Origin: Candidatus Nanoarchaeia archaeon
GTDB taxonomy: Bacteria; Patescibacteriota; Microgenomatia; Woykebacterales; RBG-16-39-9b
Assembly: GCA_036514715.1 (NCBI GenBank)
Contig: DATBWR010000004.1
Coordinates: 9,147-73,146 of the forward strand
DNA length: 64,000 nt
Reading direction: 5' to 3'
In this document: in pieces, positions 53,064 to 62,606 of the stretch
Numbering within the stretch: position 1 is the stretch's first letter
Layout of the letters: each line of letters opens with the position of its first letter
Made by a program: the position numbers and the translations under genes
The notes under the pieces: generated by a model
Told to the model about the DNA's origin: nothing
Databases searched by the model: none
Seen by the model: only the letters and a program-made list of their open reading frames with translations

Positions 53064-53864
53064 ATGGCTGGAGGAAGGAGAGCCCGCGACTGGGTTCATC
53101 CTGAGGTGCGCGCCGCTTGGACCACTCAAGGAAGAGATCGGGAGCAGCTGTTACTGGAAGCTCGCAGTCAGATCGACAATCTAGGCTCGGGAATACACTC
53201 GGCCTTTGTCGCTGGCCTTGAGTTTTTCATCCTGATTTGGCTCATTCAGGGTAGAAGAGGTACGGACTGGGCGGCTGGTCTGAAGCGTAATTTGGTAAGA
53301 TACGTAGCTTGGGAGTGCCGTCGGCAAAAAACCAACCCAGTACTGGTCAAAGTTTACTACCAGCCGCTTTTCAACGGTATGTTAGATAACTTAATCGGTC
53401 TTCTGGGTGACGGACAAGTGGATCTGGACTTTCTCCTGCAGGGCCTGCCAAGTGCTAGGAGAGATGAGGCTCACAGATTTGCAAGTATAGACCTTGCAGA
53501 CCTGCGTGAGGGAAGAAGTGTATGGCTTCGCTTCCGGCCGCCGGAACTCGGGCCTATTTTCAACCTCACCACAGAGCGTCTTGCTGTAGTGATGGATGTC
53601 GGTTTAGCCAAAGGCCCTGATAAGGACCCACACGTGCCGGTCCGCGAGGAAGAAAACCGTCAGGCCGAACGTAAGCGCTGCCGACGCGAAGGCATTAGCA
53701 GGGAGATTACGGAGCGCTACTACGTCAGGTCGCTTCAGGGCTGGATGAACGCAGCTACTGACGTGCAGTACGTGGTAAGGAGAAATCCTGACCTTTTCCG
53801 GATCTTTCTTGATAAGACTAGGGAGGAAATTCCAAGATTGGAAGCAGTGGAAATCGGGCCGTAA
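53064..53864 (+). CDS. hypothetical protein (GC-rich island)
   Basis: 266-aa ORF with no motif recognised. Confidence 0.4.
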   Translation: MAGGRRARDWVHPEVRAAWTTQGRDREQLLLEARSQIDNLGSGIHSAFVAGLEFFILIWLIQGRRGTDWAAGLKRNLVRYVAWECRRQKTNPVLVKVYYQPLFNGMLDNLIGLLGDGQVDLDFLLQGLPSARRDEAHRFASIDLADLREGRSVWLRFRPPELGPIFNLTTERLAVVMDVGLAKGPDKDPHVPVREEENRQAERKRCRREGISREITERYYVRSLQGWMNAATDVQYVVRRNPDLFRIFLDKTREEIPRLEAVEIGP

Positions 53865-53873
53865 CCTCTGCAA

Positions 53874-53910
53874 GGAGCTCTGACACTTTAGAGCTCCTTT
53901 TCTTTTCTTG
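53874..53910 (+). terminator. rho-independent terminator
   Basis: GGAGCTCT (53874-53881) pairs with AGAGCTCC (53890-53897), followed by TTTTCTTTTCTT. Confidence 0.7.
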
Positions 53911-53947
53911 CTTTCTGGAAGCAATCAGAGTATATTTTGAAGCTGAC

Positions 53948-55078
53948 ATGGCAGAAATTCCTTCACTTTTACCTAACTCTTCTGGTTTTGAGACTACTTA
54001 TGGTAATGAGGCAAGAGACGCCTTAGATTATCTGGCCTGGTTTAAAAAACAGTTTGATAGGCAATTATTCTCGTTTTTAGACCAAAAGAAAAAAGAAGCT
54101 TCTGAAATTGACCCACAAACGCAAGATTTAGTTGGCGAAATTATCCGCTTTGGGCAAAACGGCGGAAAAAGGATCCGGCCAGCCTTTATGTACGCTGGTT
54201 ATATTAGTTCAGGTGGCCAAGCCCACGAGGCAATTCTTTTCGCTACTTTGTCAGTTGAGCTTCTTCACACCTTTGCCCTAATTCACGATGACATTATGGA
54301 CAAATCCGATCTGCGCCGTGGTCAGCTCACAACTCATCGGCAATTTACAAAACTTCACCAGTTAAAAAATTTGCGGGGAAAGAGAGAGGATTTTGGCTTA
54401 GCCGCTGCCATCTTGGCTGGGGATCTGTCCTACAGCTTTGCCGAGGAGATCTTTACAGAGGCTCCCTTTCCCCAAGAAAGGGTAAGGAGAGCCCGTTACT
54501 TTTTCGACCAAATGAAGACTCAAGTAGTTTACGGCCAGTATCTGGATGTTTTAGGAGGTTACAAAGAAACTTTAACCGAAGACGAAGTTTTGAAAATCTT
54601 AGAGTACAAGACTGCTAAATACACTGTCGAACGGCCCTTGCATCTGGGAGCAATGCTCGCCGGTGCCGACTACCAAATTCTGGAAGCTTTCAGTCGTTAC
54701 GCTATCCCCCTGGGGCAAGCTTTCCAAATTCAAGATGATATCCTGGGAACTTTCGGCAGTGAGAAAGAAATTGGCAAACCCGCGGACAGCGACATTAAAG
54801 AGGGTAAGAAGACTCTTCTTGTGGTTAAGGCGATGGAGTTAGCAAGCCAGAAAAACAAAAACGCCTTAAAATCTCTTGTTGGTAAGCCTGATGTGACTAA
54901 AGATGAGATTGAAAAGGTTAGGAAAATAATTGAAGAAACCGGCAGTTTAGATTACTGTGTCAAATTATCTCGAGAACTTTTGCGCCAAGCCAAAGAAGTT
55001 GTGACAGGGGCCAAGCTTAAACCAGAAGGCAAAAATTACTTAATTGCCGCCGCGAGTTACTTGGAAACCCGAATTTAA
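53948..55078 (+). CDS. trans-polyprenyl diphosphate synthase (GGPP/FPP synthase family)
   Basis: First Asp-rich motif LIHDDIMDKSD; second FQIQDDILG. Confidence 0.9.
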   Translation: MAEIPSLLPNSSGFETTYGNEARDALDYLAWFKKQFDRQLFSFLDQKKKEASEIDPQTQDLVGEIIRFGQNGGKRIRPAFMYAGYISSGGQAHEAILFATLSVELLHTFALIHDDIMDKSDLRRGQLTTHRQFTKLHQLKNLRGKREDFGLAAAILAGDLSYSFAEEIFTEAPFPQERVRRARYFFDQMKTQVVYGQYLDVLGGYKETLTEDEVLKILEYKTAKYTVERPLHLGAMLAGADYQILEAFSRYAIPLGQAFQIQDDILGTFGSEKEIGKPADSDIKEGKKTLLVVKAMELASQKNKNALKSLVGKPDVTKDEIEKVRKIIEETGSLDYCVKLSRELLRQAKEVVTGAKLKPEGKNYLIAAASYLETRI

Positions 55079-55488
55079 AAGACACTAATTTCCCGCTTGC
55101 TTTCATCAACTTTCTTAAACCTTACCCGCACAGTATTTTTCGGTAGAAGCTCTTCAATTATTTCTGGCCATTCGATAGCAACTAGACTGCCGCTTGCAAG
55201 AATTTCTTCAATCCCGACTGATCTGGCCGCTTCCAGACTTTCAGCTCGGTAAAGATCTACATGATGAAAAATTTTGAAGCGGGGATCTCGCAGAGAGTAA
55301 GATCGTACAAAAACGAAAGTTGGGGAAAGGACTCTTTTTTCTATTCCCAAAGTCTTTGCTAAACCTTGAACAAAAGTAGTTTTACCGGTTCCCAACTCTC
55401 CATAGAGAGCAATTACTTTAGGTTCTGTAAGGCTCTCAACCAAATTCTTGGCTAAACTTTGAGTTTCTCGCCCACTTTTAGAAATCAT
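55075..55488 (-). CDS. tsaE: tRNA t6A biosynthesis ATPase TsaE
   Basis: P-loop VIALYGELGTGKTTFVQGLAK and HVDLYR. Confidence 0.85.
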   Translation of the reverse strand: MISKSGRETQSLAKNLVESLTEPKVIALYGELGTGKTTFVQGLAKTLGIEKRVLSPTFVFVRSYSLRDPRFKIFHHVDLYRAESLEAARSVGIEEILASGSLVAIEWPEIIEELLPKNTVRVRFKKVDESKREISVF

Positions 55489-55516
55489 GGGAATATTTTA
55501 CCAAAAGAAGCCTAAC

Positions 55517-56710
55517 TTAAGCAGTGATAACCCGATCTTTTAGTTTTCTCTTCAAAATAACCAGACCACCGAAAGCTAGTAGTAAACTACCTAAAACGAC
55601 CAGAGGGGTGTTAATCGGATTTTTGTCGGTATTACCAACTTGGGCCGAGACTGTGGCTGACGTGGTGGCAGCTAGAACTTGAGGGATTTTAAATTTAGGT
55701 CCAGGGGTTTCTTCTGGGTCGTCAGACTCTAACTGATTAGAACCATTTTTTGAAGTCAGTTGTCTCTCAGACGTTGCAGCTAAAACTGTGGGGTTGGGCG
55801 GATTTTCCGCTCCTGGGGTTGGATTGGAATTGGCGAACCAGCTTCCAGCCTCATCCTTTGCCCAAGACTCTCCCTTAACAGTCGTGTCGTAACGGAAGCT
55901 TTCCACCTCGGTCCCATCAGGTTTCAATAAACGAACCGAGTCGGTCAGATCGTTGAGTTTAGGTGAACTAAAATTAACCACCAAAAAGTTTCCTGCCCCA
56001 ATAATTGTGCCGGCGGGGATTTCGTAGGGAGAAGATTTCCCTGGCTCATCGTCAACCCACCAACCGGAAAGATCGGCTGGTCCTGTCCCCTTATTTTTGA
56101 TTTCTACCCATTCGGTGCCGCTGCCAGGTTGAGCAACAAATTCGTTGAGAGAAGGTTCTCCAATCTGGTCGACAACTGTCGGCGTTCCTGTCTCCTCTTT
56201 TTGCTCCTGTTCCTTGATTACTAAAGAGTAAGTTGCCGAGTCAATGTTGGCAGAGCCGGTTCTAATCCTGACAGCCAGATAGTTTTGTCCGAGCGGGGCA
56301 GTTTTAGTGGAACGCCCTTGAATTTTTCCAACCCAGTAACCATCAGAGTCGGTTTGAAACTGAGGAAATTTGTCCCAGGAAACTGTGTCGGAAAGCCACA
56401 GATTTTGGTTGGGGTTAAAAGTTTGGCCAGCTCTTAAATCGTTAGTCTGCTTGCCGAGGCGAGCCTTGATGAAGTAGCTAGTGTTGGGACTGGCTGAAAT
56501 TTCCAAATTAATTTCAAAGGAAGTTTCGGGAAGAATTTCACTTGGAGCAGTAACTTTAAGAAAATCAGCAGCAACGGCCGAGGGTGTGAAAAAATAAAAC
56601 GAGGTTGTAACAGTAAGTAGAATTAACTGAAGAAACCAAAGTTTTTTCAGCAAGGGTATAGTTTGGGCAAGCATGTGCATTAACTTACATTGCCGCAAAC
56701 TTCCCGTCAA
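55517..56710 (-). CDS. cell-surface protein with lamin-tail-domain-like module and C-terminal TM anchor
   Basis: FVAQPGSGTEWVEIKNKGTGPADLSGWWVDDE (LTD-like), ending PLVVLGSLLLAFGGLVILKRK. Confidence 0.55.
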   Translation of the reverse strand: MTGSLRQCKLMHMLAQTIPLLKKLWFLQLILLTVTTSFYFFTPSAVAADFLKVTAPSEILPETSFEINLEISASPNTSYFIKARLGKQTNDLRAGQTFNPNQNLWLSDTVSWDKFPQFQTDSDGYWVGKIQGRSTKTAPLGQNYLAVRIRTGSANIDSATYSLVIKEQEQKEETGTPTVVDQIGEPSLNEFVAQPGSGTEWVEIKNKGTGPADLSGWWVDDEPGKSSPYEIPAGTIIGAGNFLVVNFSSPKLNDLTDSVRLLKPDGTEVESFRYDTTVKGESWAKDEAGSWFANSNPTPGAENPPNPTVLAATSERQLTSKNGSNQLESDDPEETPGPKFKIPQVLAATTSATVSAQVGNTDKNPINTPLVVLGSLLLAFGGLVILKRKLKDRVITA

Positions 56711-56857
56711 CTGAGACGATCAATATAGGAGAAATTCAAACCGGATCAATTTTCTTTCCACCTTTGGTAGCAAAGTTTGAATTTTTAACTTATCTGATGT
56801 GCCAATAGATCGCTAAAGCGCTCTGCGACCACTTCGTGGGCTAAAATTGTTTTCGGT

Positions 56858-58027
56858 CTAACGAATGTGCCAGTAGATAGTTTTTGTACCGTCGCCGTGG
56901 TCAATGCTAATGCCCTTACCTTTGCCAGTACCGGGGATGAGTTGCGGGCAGCCATTATCGCTACCTAAGTAAGCGGTTCCGCTTTTAGCGGCTTTGATTG
57001 GAGCGTTCCAGCCAGCGGTCATGTCAATTGCCGGGTGTCCTCCGGATTGTCCCAGTTGTGCATAAAAAGCGGGGTTAGCACCAAAGGGTTGGGTAATACG
57101 GGGGTTATCCTCCGGCCAGGCTAACACCCCAGAGTTCAAATAAGGCATCGGGTCAACTGCTCGACTGTTGACTAAAAAGCCAAAGTGCAGGTGCGTGCCA
57201 GTGGAACAGCCAGTGTTGCCTTGGAAAGCAATAATCTCGCCGCGTTTGACTGGGCCAAGCTTGGTTCCTAAGTTAAAGAGAGCTTGCTGAATGATTTGCT
57301 GAGCAATTTGTGCTTGAGCTAGCTCGACTTGGAAGTTTTGCTCATTGTTTTTAGTGATGGTGAGAAGGTTCGCCTTTTGGGCCCTTTGGCTATCAAGATC
57401 AGCTTTTTGACTATCAAGTTGAACTTTTAGCTCTTCCGCACTCTTTTTTTGATCGGAAAGATTGGTTTTTTCTTCCTGGTAAGTTTCTTTTAGTTCTTTG
57501 AGTGAAGTTATTAAGCGGACGTCTTGGTCGTGGATAGCTTCAGCGTATTTCTGCAAAACTAAGAAGTTATTAAAGCCTTCGGTTTTGAGGAAAAGTTCAA
57601 GCGGCCCCACAAAGCTTTGTTCGTAGACAGCCCTTACTCGAGAATTGGCAACTTCAGTTCTGTTAGTTAAATCGCTTTCTAAGTCCTCGAGTTTATTTTC
57701 AGTGTTAGCAACATCCAAGGCTAGCTGAGCGATGCGGTTTTCCGTCTCGTCAATTTTAAGCTCAGTTAAGGCAATCTCATCGTCCATCAGAGCAATTTGG
57801 CTGCTCAGGGAACGTTGCTGGTTTTGGGCGTCTTTGATCCTTTTTTGTAAATCGGATTGTTTTTTGAGGTTATCGTTAAGCTGTTTTTGCAATTCAGTAA
57901 AAGTGGAACCAGAATTTTCAGCTAAAGATTTTACCAGAGGAGCCGGCGATAGAGTCAGCAGAAGACTGAAAATTAACACTACTGGTAATAGTTTTTTTAG
58001 TTTAAGAGCTGACCAAAGTTTTTTCAT
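56858..58027 (-). CDS. coiled-coil M23 family metallopeptidase (EnvC-like, partner of FtsEX)
   Basis: Long coiled-coil N-terminus. C-terminal GNTGCSTGTHLHFGF and HPAIDM. Confidence 0.85.
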   Translation of the reverse strand: MKKLWSALKLKKLLPVVLIFSLLLTLSPAPLVKSLAENSGSTFTELQKQLNDNLKKQSDLQKRIKDAQNQQRSLSSQIALMDDEIALTELKIDETENRIAQLALDVANTENKLEDLESDLTNRTEVANSRVRAVYEQSFVGPLELFLKTEGFNNFLVLQKYAEAIHDQDVRLITSLKELKETYQEEKTNLSDQKKSAEELKVQLDSQKADLDSQRAQKANLLTITKNNEQNFQVELAQAQIAQQIIQQALFNLGTKLGPVKRGEIIAFQGNTGCSTGTHLHFGFLVNSRAVDPMPYLNSGVLAWPEDNPRITQPFGANPAFYAQLGQSGGHPAIDMTAGWNAPIKAAKSGTAYLGSDNGCPQLIPGTGKGKGISIDHGDGTKTIYWHIR

Positions 58028-58031
58028 TTCT

Positions 58032-58913
58032 TTAAATTTCTAAGTAGCGCCGGGTGGCTACCCAAGCCCCAAAAGACCCAATCAGTAAGCCAAGAAACAT
58101 TTCCGCTCCCAGAATGAGCAGAAAAACTAAAGGATCGCTAGGCAAAAGCGGTATTGGTTCGAATTGTTTCTGCAAGGCTGGTGAAATAAACGGATAAAGA
58201 ATGATCAGTATGCCCATTGCCAGCAGAGCACTAATAAAACCGTAAGCAATGCCCTCAATAATAAACGGAGTGCGAACGTAGGCTTTGGTAGCCCCGACCA
58301 GCTTCATAATCTCGATCTCCTCTTTATGCAGCGAAATATTTAAGCCAACTACAATTAGAGTAACCACCACGCTAGTTAAAAGCAAAAAGGAGACGATAAT
58401 AAAACCAACCAGCCGCACCGTTGAGGTTACTTTTATCAAAGTATCGATAATTTCTTGATAGTAAACGACTTTTGAAACTTGCGGCTCACTTTTTAGGGCA
58501 TTGGCGATTTTTTCAAAATCGCCAATTTTGTTACCGGAAACTTCAACTGAGGCTGGTAAAATGTCAGCGGTGACAAACTCAAGAAGGGCAGGCTCGTTTT
58601 TATTACGCTCTCGGTAAATTTCCAAAGCTTCTTCCTTGGAGATGTGTTTGGTGTTAGTAACCGAAGGGATTTTGGAAACGTTATTTTTTATTTCCTCAAT
58701 TTGCTCTAAGCTTGTATCGTCTTTAAGAAAAGCAGTAACTTGAGGCCGGGTTTCGTAATAGTGAATAATTACGTTTGAAGCTAGCGATACTAAAATAAAG
58801 ATTGCACCAACAAAAAAAGTTAAGAACATTACCAAAATCGCTGCCAAGGCGTTGTAGGGGTTGCGTTGAATTCTTTTAGTTGCGGTTTTGGTCAGGCGGT
58901 TTATTTGGGCCAT
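58032..58913 (-). CDS. ftsX: cell division permease FtsX
   Basis: Four TM helices with a large periplasmic loop; downstream of ftsE. Confidence 0.85.
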   Translation of the reverse strand: MAQINRLTKTATKRIQRNPYNALAAILVMFLTFFVGAIFILVSLASNVIIHYYETRPQVTAFLKDDTSLEQIEEIKNNVSKIPSVTNTKHISKEEALEIYRERNKNEPALLEFVTADILPASVEVSGNKIGDFEKIANALKSEPQVSKVVYYQEIIDTLIKVTSTVRLVGFIIVSFLLLTSVVVTLIVVGLNISLHKEEIEIMKLVGATKAYVRTPFIIEGIAYGFISALLAMGILIILYPFISPALQKQFEPIPLLPSDPLVFLLILGAEMFLGLLIGSFGAWVATRRYLEI

Positions 58914-59639
58914 TTAGTTTTTACTTTCTTTAGTTTCAGTTAACCGTTCTTTCTCCTCTTTTTGGTCTTTGGTACCTTTCTGACGGCTATCCTTAACAAT
59001 TTTGCCTTTCTCAATTTGAACTCGGCGGTGAGGAAGGGAAGAGGTAATATCCAAATTGTGAGTAGCCATAATCACCGTGCTTCCCAGACTATTAACCTTG
59101 GTTAAAAGTTGCATTACTTCCCAAGCGCTTTGCGGGTCCAAATTTCCAGTTGGTTCATCAGCTAAAACTATTTCCGGGCGCAATACTACGGCCCGGGCGA
59201 TTGAAGTTCTTTGAGCCTCCCCACCGGAGAGTTGGCTGGGAAAGTGCCCGGCCTTGTCTTGTAGGTTAACTAACTTCAAAGCTTCATTAGCAGTTTCCGA
59301 AATGTCAGAGTCTTCCAAGCCCATCACTTCTAGGGGAAAGGCAACGTTTTCAAAGACAGTCCTTTGAGGCAGCAGTTTAAAATCCTGAAAAATAGTTCCC
59401 ACCTTGCGGCGCAATACTGGAATGTGTTTTTCTTCTAGGTTAGAGACGTCCCACTCGTCAACCATCACCTTGCCGGCAGTTGGTACTTCCTCGCGGATTA
59501 GAAGCTTGAGAAGGGTAGATTTACCCGCACCGGAATGACCAATTAGAAAAACAAACTCACCGTCGGGAATTTCTAAATCAAGATTTTCCAGAGCGTAGTT
59601 ATCGTAATATTTTTTGGAAACACCGGAGAATTGGATCAT
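58914..59639 (-). CDS. ftsE: cell division ATP-binding protein FtsE
   Basis: Walker A GHSGAGKST, ABC signature LSGGEAQR, Walker B VLADEPTGNLD. Confidence 0.9.
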   Translation of the reverse strand: MIQFSGVSKKYYDNYALENLDLEIPDGEFVFLIGHSGAGKSTLLKLLIREEVPTAGKVMVDEWDVSNLEEKHIPVLRRKVGTIFQDFKLLPQRTVFENVAFPLEVMGLEDSDISETANEALKLVNLQDKAGHFPSQLSGGEAQRTSIARAVVLRPEIVLADEPTGNLDPQSAWEVMQLLTKVNSLGSTVIMATHNLDITSSLPHRRVQIEKGKIVKDSRQKGTKDQKEEKERLTETKESKN

Positions 59640-59721
59640 GGTAAAAGAGATAATACCCTCGGAGACTTAAACTCTAGCAAAAATGAACCTAAAAAGCAAC
59701 CTTTGGTCAGTAGCGCAGGTG

Positions 59722-60798
59722 CTAAAGCCGAATTTCGGCTTCTATAAACTCGTCAATTTCTCCGTTGAGCACCGCGTCTGTATTGCTAGTTTCGTAGTTG
59801 GTGCGTAAATCTTTAACCAATTTATAAGGATGGAGAACGTAAGAGCGAATTTGAGTTCCCCAAGAAGCGGTTTTTTGCCAACTCTTCAACTTCCTTTCTG
59901 CCTCCTCACGTTTGAGTTCTTCCAGTTGGAAAAGTTTCCCCCTGAGAATTTTAAGAGCATTCTCTTTATTCTGGTGCTGAGAGCGCTCTGTCTGGCAGGT
60001 AACAGTTATACCAGAGGGTAAGTGCTTGACTCGGACAGCGGTTGAAACTTTTTGGACATTTTGCCCGCCCGGGCCGCTTGATTTAAATATGTCAAACTGC
60101 AGGTCAGCTTCATTGAGAGTGACTTCACTTGCATCTTCCACCACCGGTAAAACCTCAACTAAAGCAAAAGAAGTCTGACGCAAGTGGTCGGCATTGTATG
60201 GTGATTGTCGCACCAGACGGTGAGTACCCGATTCTCTCTTTAAGAGTCCGTAAGAGAGCCTGCCGGTAATTTCAACTGTGGAAGACTTTATTCCAGCTTC
60301 TTCTCCCTTAGTCTCGTCAACTAAGGTTACTGACCAACCCTTTCGTTCGCAAAACCTTTGGTACATACGCAAGAGCATGGCCGCCCAGTCCATGGCTTCC
60401 ACACCACCCTGACCAGCGTGCACGCTCAAGAAACAATTACCGCTGTCATATTTACCGCCCAGAAAAAGCCGGTCCTCAACCTCGTTAAGCTCTCTCTCGA
60501 TTTTGTCGAGTTCGGCGGCTAAATTTAAGTCTTTTGTTTCCTCGCCTGATAAGGAGAGGAGTTCATGGACAGTTTTTATCCGTTCTTCCAAGTTTTCGAA
60601 TTGAGAAAGTTCTTCTTTTAGGTCAGAAATTTTTTGCATGGTAACTTGAGCGGTTTTTACATCGGTCCAAAAATCGCCTTTCATACCTTGGGCTTCCAGT
60701 TGCCGAAGCTCTTTCTGCAAATTTTCTCGGTCGGTTTTCTTTTCGACTTCAGAGAGCCGCTTTTGCAAAAGCTCCAACCGATCTTTCAATTCTTTCAT
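59722..60798 (-). CDS. prfB: peptide chain release factor 2 (single ORF, no programmed frameshift)
   Basis: GGQ motif SGPGGQNVQKVST. SPY(F)-type discriminator QSPYNADHLRQTSFA. Confidence 0.85.
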   Translation of the reverse strand: MKELKDRLELLQKRLSEVEKKTDRENLQKELRQLEAQGMKGDFWTDVKTAQVTMQKISDLKEELSQFENLEERIKTVHELLSLSGEETKDLNLAAELDKIERELNEVEDRLFLGGKYDSGNCFLSVHAGQGGVEAMDWAAMLLRMYQRFCERKGWSVTLVDETKGEEAGIKSSTVEITGRLSYGLLKRESGTHRLVRQSPYNADHLRQTSFALVEVLPVVEDASEVTLNEADLQFDIFKSSGPGGQNVQKVSTAVRVKHLPSGITVTCQTERSQHQNKENALKILRGKLFQLEELKREEAERKLKSWQKTASWGTQIRSYVLHPYKLVKDLRTNYETSNTDAVLNGEIDEFIEAEIRL

Positions 60799-60879
60799 GG
60801 CTTTATAGTTTACTACTTCTTTTGTTTGTGGTAAATTAGGGACCCCTCCCTTAACCTGCCAATTTTTCTGTCCGGTCTG

Positions 60880-61521
60880 ATGAGAAAAAGATATATTCCA
60901 ACACGAGAGCGACGCTCTCCTAATAAAACCCGCCTTTCAATTTCCCTTTCTGGGGTGAGCGTCAGCGTTCTTTTACTACTGGCCGCAATCAGTATTATTT
61001 CCGCCTTGCAAGCCTCTTTTATTAAACCGTATCCCAAAGTTAGCGACCGAGAGGTTGTTCCTGAACAAAAAATTAGTGACGCTGTTGTTGCAAGGCAGGT
61101 AAGCACTCTTCAAAACACACAACTAATCAGTATTCCCAACCCAACTGCCTTTGTAGCCACCTTCCCATTAGAAAAATCCTGGCCAGTGGGTGGCAGGTTG
61201 ACCACTCTTTTCAGTCGTTACCATCCAGCAGTCGATATTGCCACTACTCTGGGGACACCAGTGCATCCTTTTGCCAGTGGAGTTGTGACCCGCGCGGGTT
61301 GGTGGGGTGGTTACGGCAACAGTATTGTTATCCTTCATACTGATGGTTGGGAGAGTCTGTACGCCCATCTTAGCAGAATTTCAGCAGCAGTGGGTCAACA
61401 AGTGGATTTGGGGACAGTAATTGGCAGCGTTGGTAGCACTGGCCGGTCAACTGGCCCACATCTCCACTTTCAGCTTAGCAAGAACGGGCAATTTGTGAAC
61501 CCGTTAACCAACCTTCCCTAA
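60880..61521 (+). CDS. M23 family metallopeptidase
   Basis: HPAVDIATTLGTPV...GYGNSIVILH...GSTGRSTGPHLHF. Confidence 0.85.
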   Translation: MRKRYIPTRERRSPNKTRLSISLSGVSVSVLLLLAAISIISALQASFIKPYPKVSDREVVPEQKISDAVVARQVSTLQNTQLISIPNPTAFVATFPLEKSWPVGGRLTTLFSRYHPAVDIATTLGTPVHPFASGVVTRAGWWGGYGNSIVILHTDGWESLYAHLSRISAAVGQQVDLGTVIGSVGSTGRSTGPHLHFQLSKNGQFVNPLTNLP

Positions 61522-62606
61522 GAACCTTGCTTTCTCTTTTCCAAGAAAATCGCGCCACCAAAAAGGGCAACCGCAATGATGATTAAGATCAAAGCTTGCA
61601 ACTGTACGCCGCCAAAAGCTTTGTGGAGAAGATCGTTAAGATTGTCCGCTAGTAGTGAAAGAGCCGCACCTTGATAGGTTTCAGAGCCGGCATCAAGGGC
61701 GGAGGAAAGATTTGATTCTACGGTTTGCGGTTTAACTAGGAAAAGAAAAACAGAGGCCGCTATTAGTGGGATGGTACTAGCAGAAACTAGGGTCCAGGCA
61801 AGCCAGCGAAAAACCCCCGCGAAGTTAAACAAGCGCGAAATAGTTAAAAGTATTGCCAAGATACCGCTGACTAAAAGTAGGTAACCAGCAGAGTTTTTTA
61901 AAGCGACAAATAAATTACGCAAATGTTCAAGCGAAGGCCCCTCTTGGTTTTTCCCTGTCGGCTCAGGGTTGTCGGTTGTCAAACTTAAAGGAGGGTCAAA
62001 AACGATTTTATTCTTGGTAATAATTAGGGAGTTTGGGGCGTTGGCGGTAAGATCGCTGATAAGTTTATCAACTTCAAATTCTTGCAAGACTTCCTCAGTG
62101 CTTTTGCTTTGCAGACGACAGTCAAGGGTTGGGCTTTCTGTTCCTTGTAGGGCCAACTCTTGTTTTGGAGTGCAAGCTGGTAGGGCTTCGTAATATTTAA
62201 CAATGGCTGGTTTGAGCCCTTGCTTTAGAGTTTGGGTGTAAGCGGTTAAGTCAACCCTCGCTTCTAAGGAAGAAGAGGCTCCGACAGTGTATTTATAAGT
62301 TTCCCCGACGACTCTTTCTAAATCTTCGGCCAACCTCTCTTTATCAATAGTAGCAATAACACTGCTAACAACTTCGCTGGGTATACCTTGCCCAGGTTGT
62401 TCTGCGGAAGTTAAATTAATAATGGTTGACGGCAGAATCTCTGTTGCCAAGGCCTCATAAGTCTTGTTTTCCTTAAGGGTTTCAAGAAAAGTTGCCTCGT
62501 TTAAAAAGACATTGGAAAAATTATTTAAGAACAGGAAAATAAGTAAAGATGGTATTAGAAAAAAAGCAACGACGCTGGAAAAGAAATTTCTGAGCAGATT
62601 TAACAT
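61518..62606 (-). CDS. hypothetical membrane protein
   Basis: N-terminal TM, internal TM pair and C-terminal TM; no motif recognised. Confidence 0.45.
   Translation of the reverse strand: MLNLLRNFFSSVVAFFLIPSLLIFLFLNNFSNVFLNEATFLETLKENKTYEALATEILPSTIINLTSAEQPGQGIPSEVVSSVIATIDKERLAEDLERVVGETYKYTVGASSSLEARVDLTAYTQTLKQGLKPAIVKYYEALPACTPKQELALQGTESPTLDCRLQSKSTEEVLQEFEVDKLISDLTANAPNSLIITKNKIVFDPPLSLTTDNPEPTGKNQEGPSLEHLRNLFVALKNSAGYLLLVSGILAILLTISRLFNFAGVFRWLAWTLVSASTIPLIAASVFLFLVKPQTVESNLSSALDAGSETYQGAALSLLADNLNDLLHKAFGGVQLQALILIIIAVALFGGAIFLEKRKQGS

Noticed and set aside
59722-60798. Checked prfB for the classic +1 programmed frameshift and the window for UGA recoding
   Set aside because: RF2 is encoded as one uninterrupted ORF. 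Long ORFs end at all three standard stops and RF2 is present, so the standard code 11 applies.
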